A stretch of 64,000 bases of DNA from Psammoneis japonica (lineage: Eukaryota): positions 372,001 through 436,000 of the forward strand of contig QPGO01000022.1 of assembly GCA_008632985.1 (NCBI GenBank). Reading direction: 5' to 3'. Position numbers and translations under genes: made by a program. Under the pieces are notes generated by a model, which ran no database searches, was not told where the DNA came from, and saw only the letters and a list, made by a program, of their open reading frames with translations. Of this stretch, positions 58,705 to 64,000 are shown in pieces. How positions within the stretch are numbered: the first letter of the stretch is position 1; each line of letters opens with the position of its first letter.

Positions 58705-60561
58705 TCAGGTTTTTCTCTTAGCCCATTCTAGTAATGCCGTCGAACACTCCAAAGAATTGTCTTTGAGAGCCTCTCCTAGTTCCTTGTCAACCTCTATTGG
58801 GAAATGTAAACGCATTCGACACAATGCGGCACTATCCATGTCATCGTAAAGGCGCCCAAACTCATACTGCAAGGGTCCACCACCGCTGTGATCAGAAGAA
58901 GATCTCAACAAGCCCGTGGTCAACAAATCGGCAAACGATTTCAGGAGCAAAGTGCGATGGTAGCGATTAGAACTTCCTCGATAGGTTTGGTATTCATTCA
59001 AGATCCGCTCCATGTTAAGTGGTTTGGATACCTCTCCTTGATGTGCCTCACGAGCAAGGATGCGTCGAGCAGAAAAAATAATGGCCAATTGGGGCCCTGC
59101 TAAATCCAGCAACGCCTGTCGGCGGATGTTCGCAGCAGCGACATCATCTGCACTGGGATCAACGGTCACGCCCATGGTGGCAAGTCCCCGCAAAAAGTGT
59201 TCTGCTCCCAGCAACGGACACGCCGGACAAATATTTTTGTACTCCTCCGTGTCCATCTTCCTCAACATTTTAGCACAATCCTCCGCGTACATAGCCAATG
59301 AAACGGAAACGACGCGGCAAAGCCACCGCATATTTTTACCAAGTTTATACTGGCGGTCCAGTGCATCCCGTATTGTCTTATACTTGTCATTGGTGGCGGG
59401 TGTACCATCCATAGGGGGTATGAGAAGATCCAAAATAGTCTTTTTCAATAGCCTGTCCGCCTGCAGTTGAATCGACGTGCTTTCGCCATTCCCATTCCTC
59501 GTGCTAACGCCAAAATCCTCCGCATCGTGGTGTAACTTACTCAAGACGATTTCAACCAGTTTTTGAAATGATGTGTTAGGTTTCAGAGAAATGACCTTGG
59601 ATGTTCCTGCAGCACGACTCATGACGCGCTTTTCGAACGTCCCCACCGCTGCATGGTGCGATGTGATTCCAACGAAACTGAGAAAGGATCCTTGGGTAGC
59701 GACTCGATCGAGCAAATGGTACAGAAGCAACTGTCGATCCGAAGAAGCTGTACTCTCGGAAGCAATCGGAGCATCTGCGGCGGATGCATTTGAACCCACA
59801 AAAGCGTCCATCTCGTCCAGGACAATTAAAATAGGCATAGAGTCGACACACGCGAGCTTGAGCGCTTCGTCCAGCAACGCTAGATTGGAAGTGAAGGACG
59901 ACTTTCTCGATCTCAGAAGCTTTGACACATCCTCCTCTTCCTGACGCGCTCGCTTTCGTTTTCGCTCAAGCGTGTCCGAGTCATTGTCGTCAATATCGCT
60001 TGACTCGGACCGAGTCTCTGAGACAGCCAAGTCTGATAGCTGACGGACCATTTCTTTCACCACGGAACCAACATCCTCACCACGAGTAGCAACTCCGTTG
60101 ATCCGAATCACCCTATCACAGTTCCCGTTAGTCTCTCGTTGAAAGGCCTCCAAGCAGCGTTCCAGCATGAGCGTTTTCCCGCTTCCTCTCAATCCCATCA
60201 AGAGAGCTGATACGTTGCTATTTCGTTGTTTCTCTACCAGACACGGTCTTAGCAAGGAATACAGTTCCTGATATTGCTGCTCCAGTCCAGGTGGGGCGTC
60301 TCGAATGATCGGCATTGTCAAATCCCCAGGTTGCGATGAAGTATCAGCTGATGGTAAGTTCCAGCTCCTGGTTGCATCGAGTTCCGTCTGGACGCGATCG
60401 ATACACTTGATCGTGCACTCAAGCTGCTTCTTTCGGCTGAAGCGTTCCGACTCTGTCATTTCTTCTCGCCATTTCTTCCACTTGTCTGTATCCATCGCCG
60501 AGACCGGTGGGTGCGACTGGTGAGAAGGGGTATGGGGGTGCTGCCGCGGGAACGAAGCCAT
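58705..60561 (-). CDS. ORC4: Origin recognition complex subunit 4
   Basis: AAA+ Walker A GLRGSGKT, Walker B VLDEMDAF, 'RQLLLYHLLD' and 'FEKRVMSR' (ORC4 LEKRVKSR). Confidence 0.88.
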   Translation of the reverse strand: MASFPRQHPHTPSHQSHPPVSAMDTDKWKKWREEMTESERFSRKKQLECTIKCIDRVQTELDATRSWNLPSADTSSQPGDLTMPIIRDAPPGLEQQYQELYSLLRPCLVEKQRNSNVSALLMGLRGSGKTLMLERCLEAFQRETNGNCDRVIRINGVATRGEDVGSVVKEMVRQLSDLAVSETRSESSDIDDNDSDTLERKRKRARQEEEDVSKLLRSRKSSFTSNLALLDEALKLACVDSMPILIVLDEMDAFVGSNASAADAPIASESTASSDRQLLLYHLLDRVATQGSFLSFVGITSHHAAVGTFEKRVMSRAAGTSKVISLKPNTSFQKLVEIVLSKLHHDAEDFGVSTRNGNGESTSIQLQADRLLKKTILDLLIPPMDGTPATNDKYKTIRDALDRQYKLGKNMRWLCRVVSVSLAMYAEDCAKMLRKMDTEEYKNICPACPLLGAEHFLRGLATMGVTVDPSADDVAAANIRRQALLDLAGPQLAIIFSARRILAREAHQGEVSKPLNMERILNEYQTYRGSSNRYHRTLLLKSFADLLTTGLLRSSSDHSGGGPLQYEFGRLYDDMDSAALCRMRLHFPIEVDKELGEALKDNSLECSTALLEWAKRKT

Positions 60562-61449
60562 GGTGTATGGTATGTTCGATGATGTGCTTGTGCTCCGGCC
60601 ACCCCTGTGGTAGGGGAGAATATGGTGATGTCATGGTTACGTGGCAGTTTATATCTTATCCGTTATATTTTTATATGAGTTAGGGGGTAGGGCTAGTTGG
60701 TCGCGCACGTTTGGGTTCGATGCAGCCGTGCAACTAGCCATACCCTGCAGGAAGAGCTGTTGGTGGCGCGCGAGCAGAAGCAACAAAGTACCAAAGAACA
60801 CGGCGTGGGTCAAAACGTTGTAAAATGACGCAACAACAAGCAGCGAGAAGAAACCCAACTTGACCCATGAATACAGCGCATACATATTGTCCAACCACTT
60901 CAATAGTATCTCGTATTCCCAGCTTGTAGATGAGGGGACGGCGTTCGCGTTTCTCGCCATGGTGTTGTTGCGCGTTATCGTGTTGTTTGCGCGCGAAGAA
61001 CACGGGATCTATTTATCCGATAATAACTCTGTTTTGCTAATAGTAGATGTTTTACTATATTCAATCTGTAGATATTTTGAGAAGCGCTTCGGGGAAACCC
61101 TGTTCGGGACGTTAAATAGAAATTTGTTTTATCCAGATTCCAGAGTTCTTTCGGGGTGTTCTGTCAGACTTTTGAATTGGTATATACATATATTAGAGGC
61201 CTTAGCAAAATCAATGATATGTAATAGCCTCAGAGACCGACATAAATTTATCTTCCCTGTAGAGCCTGTAGATTGTGTACCGGCGGAAAATCCACCGCCT
61301 GTCAACTCATCAGTGGTAATTCTACGTATATTCTACTTACACCTCACACACGCACTCACGCCTACACAGTCTAATAACCGCGCACACGTGCGCGAGATAA
61401 ATGTCCTCACATTTATTTATGCATTTGTACACAAATGCTAATAGCAGCA

Positions 61450-63795
61450 GGAAAAATCCTGAACCACATTCTCCCCTAAAACTCCAACCACCAAAAACCG
61501 AGGGGTCGGAAGCGCACTTTTGGGAGCTCTTTTTCTCTGCACAAAAAACACGCGTTTCGTCGACTCGACCACAACGACCTTCCGTTCTTCGTCCCCCACA
61601 CCACCTGACGCATCCCCGCCTGCCACATCTGATGCGGCAGTCCCTCCTGTAATGGCCGGCACCGTTGCACCCGCTGTCGTTACCCAAACACAGCCGATTT
61701 GCCATCCGGAGGATTTGGGCTTCTGTTCGCCGGATCCTGTGCCTGAAACACAAACACAGCGCCGTGATTGGTCTACTCCTGTCATTGCGTCCCCGGAGAA
61801 ACTGGATTCTCGTTCGCATTGCAGTGTGGTGGAAGGCACTGATGAGCCTTCTCTCAAACGGTCTGGGGTGCAGCTCCGAAACCAGGTCAAAAAACAAAAG
61901 CAACAAACCGACGTCAAGGTTCAGTGGGCGTGGCAGAGGAGCATCTGTGACAGGAGGCATGGTGACAACCTTTCTCAGGATGATTGTTCCCAAGCAGAAC
62001 CTTGTCTGTCTGGAGGTGATTGAGACTCACCCAGAGCCCAGCGGAGCCAATCGGAGCCAACAACAAGTGTCAAGATGAACCGCAGCAACATGTGAAGGAG
62101 GACGCAGCTGATGGAATGCGGGCAGAGAAGGTGCCGGCATGCAAAGTGGCAGCATGGCTGTCGACAAGGCACCAGTTTTTAAGGTCTAATGGTGACAAAC
62201 ATGGTGAGCATTTGCCAAAAGCACGTTGCTGCCTGCCTCCATTTTGGCAACATGCAAAAACAGCATGTTGCACATCACATGCAGAACCCAAACGGCGAGA
62301 GTGGCCTCTCATGGAATTGCACACAATGACCCAGTCCTGGAAAATGGAGCAGTGTCCAAGTCACATGCACCATTTGAAACCTTGCCAAGTCACCTGCAAA
62401 CAAATGCCAATTCGCTGACCTCTCCAACTTGAAACTAAAAAACTGTGAAAGCATGCCTGCCATCTGGTTGTCATCAGGTTTCTAATTTGCAGAGAGCTGC
62501 ACAATGTGTCTGCACATTCTAAAGATTGGACTGCACTTGAGAGCCAACCAAGAGGCACCATTCATGTCCATTGATGTGTCGTCCATCAGCAGGCCGTGGT
62601 TGCATGGGTTTCCTGGTCCGCCGTCATCCGTCATCCATTGTGTTCCTTCCAAAGCAAAAACAACAACAGTGTCAACAGCAACTGCAGCAGCAAGGGTGGG
62701 ATTGACAGTGTCGGGCATGCCAGGGGGCCGAAACGCAGGTGCGGCGTTAGAATTCGTGACAGCATCTGTGGGAGGCGGTGGGGCGAGAATGAAAGAAGTG
62801 TGAGTTACAAGCACTTCGTTGTGGACGTCATTGGCAAAAGACAACAACAGTGTCAACAGCACCTGCGGCAGCAAGGGTGGGAGCAACAGCATCGGGCATG
62901 CCAGGGGGCCGAAACGCAGGTGCGGCGTTGGAATTCGTGATGGCATCTGTGGGAGGCGGTGGGGCGAGAATGAAAGAAGTGTGAGTTGTTGGCATTTCAT
63001 TGTGGACGTCATTGGCAAAATGCAATGACAGCATCAACAGCACCTGCGGCAGCAAGGGCAGGAGCAACAGTGTCGGTCATGCTGGGGGGCCGAAACGCAG
63101 GTGCGGCGTTGGAATTCGTGACAGCATCTGTGGGAGGCGGTGGGGCGAGAATGAAAGAAGTGTGAGTTGTTGGCATTTCATTGTGGACGTTGTTGGCAAA
63201 ATGCAGTGACAGTGTCAACAGTGCCTGCGGCAGCAAGGGCAGGAGTGACAGCATCGGGCATGCCAGGGGGCCGAAACGCAGGTGCGGCGTTGGAATTCGT
63301 GACAGCATCTGTGGGAGGCGGTGGGGCGAGAATGAAAGAAGTGTGAGTTGTTGGCATTTCATTGTGGACGTCATTGGCAAAATGCAATGACAGTGTCAAC
63401 AGTGCCTGCGGCAGCAAGGGCAGGAGCAACAGTGTCGGGCATGCCAGGGGGGCGAAACGCAGGCACGGCGTTGGAATTCGTGACAGCATCTGTGGGAGGC
63501 GGTGGAGCGTGCAAACAACAGTGTGAGTTTGCAGCATCTTATTTTGCACGCATCACACCCACGAGAACCGGAATGATGACATCACCTGTTGCATCAGTGT
63601 CATTGGCAACGGTGTCAGCAGGATCGGCGTCCTGGGAAGGCGATGGGGAAGAACCACGAGGCATCATCATGGTCGAGTCGACGAAACGCGTGTTTTTTGT
63701 GCGGAGAAAAAGAGCTCCCGAAAGTGCGCTTCCGACCCCTCGGTTTTTGGTGGTTAGAGTTTTAGGGGAGCTGTGGAACAGGAATTTTTGCTTGT
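61450..63795. repeat. Internal ~125-bp inverted repeat pair (61450..61575 and 63667..63795)
   Basis: 'ctcccctaaaactc.aaccaccaaaaaccgaggggtcggaagcgcacttt.gggagctctttttctc.gcacaaaaaacacgcgtttcgtcgactcgacca' and its reverse complement. Confidence 0.92.
62664..63505. repeat. Tandem array, 181-bp unit, ~4.7 copies
   Basis: Near-identical units with period 181; equivalent ORFs start at 62819, 63000 and 63181. Confidence 0.95.
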
Positions 63796-64000
63796 GGAAC
63801 ACACACACACGTGTGGATGTTGACATTAAAACTCAACGCACGGCGAAGCCGTGTGCGCACAACCACGCACACACACACAGCTCCCCTGCCACAGGGGTGT
63901 GCTCCGGCGGTGAAAAAAGACGAAAAGTTTGGCGGTCCATTTTAATTAGAACTCGCAAATGTTTTTAAAAATAACCCGGATTCTTCGTGCTTCCTCCAGT

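Larger units (their letters stand above)
60600..63899. mobile_element. Non-autonomous TIR DNA transposon (Mutator-like by TSD length), 3.3 kb
   Basis: 19-bp TIRs cacccctgtggtaggggag (60600..60618) and ctcccctgccacaggggtg (63881..63899, one mismatch). Identical 9-bp TSD tgctccggc at 60591..60599 and 63900..63908. No transposase is recognisable. Confidence 0.88.

Noticed and set aside
377..60561. RAD51D, RusA, XPD, ORC4 and chromatin genes as a functional cluster encoding the mutator
   Set aside because: They are interspersed with unrelated housekeeping genes. No deaminase, methyltransferase or polymerase candidate is visible in the window, so the responsible enzyme cannot be assigned here.
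62664..63505. Regular repeat array as a CRISPR
   Set aside because: The units are contiguous 181-bp near-identical copies with no unique spacers, there are no cas genes, and the context is eukaryotic.

Overview
Eukaryotic, gene-dense DNA with short GT-AG introns, most likely from a diatom. This is inferred from CoDi-like Copia elements and bipartite plastid-type presequences. About 22 protein-coding genes are present, including RAD51D-like, a DEAD-box helicase, mL59, BUD23, patatin, a RusA-like resolvase, eEF1B, a kinase, two EamA paralogs, a TFIIS-M/SPOC protein, PNUTS-like, XPD and ORC4. Four repeat blocks interrupt them: ~13.1-19.5 kb, ~28.8-38.6 kb, ~51.7-53.4 kb and ~60.6-63.9 kb. The most striking signal is that the repeat blocks have lost almost all TpA dinucleotides, converted to TpG/CpA, in addition to the familiar CpG loss. 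Conserved Tyr codons of two Copia pol genes now read His or Cys. Paired repeats differ by TA/TG/CA swaps. The effect fades at block edges and also occurs where CpG is retained. This points to a repeat-targeted TpA->TpG/CpA hypermutation process, opposite in direction to fungal RIP, which I do not recognise as a described pathway. A non-autonomous DNA transposon with hairpin TIRs and a perfect 9-bp TSD sits 39 bp upstream of ORC4. Several conserved genes carry single-base frameshifts that are probably assembly errors. All counts were made by eye.
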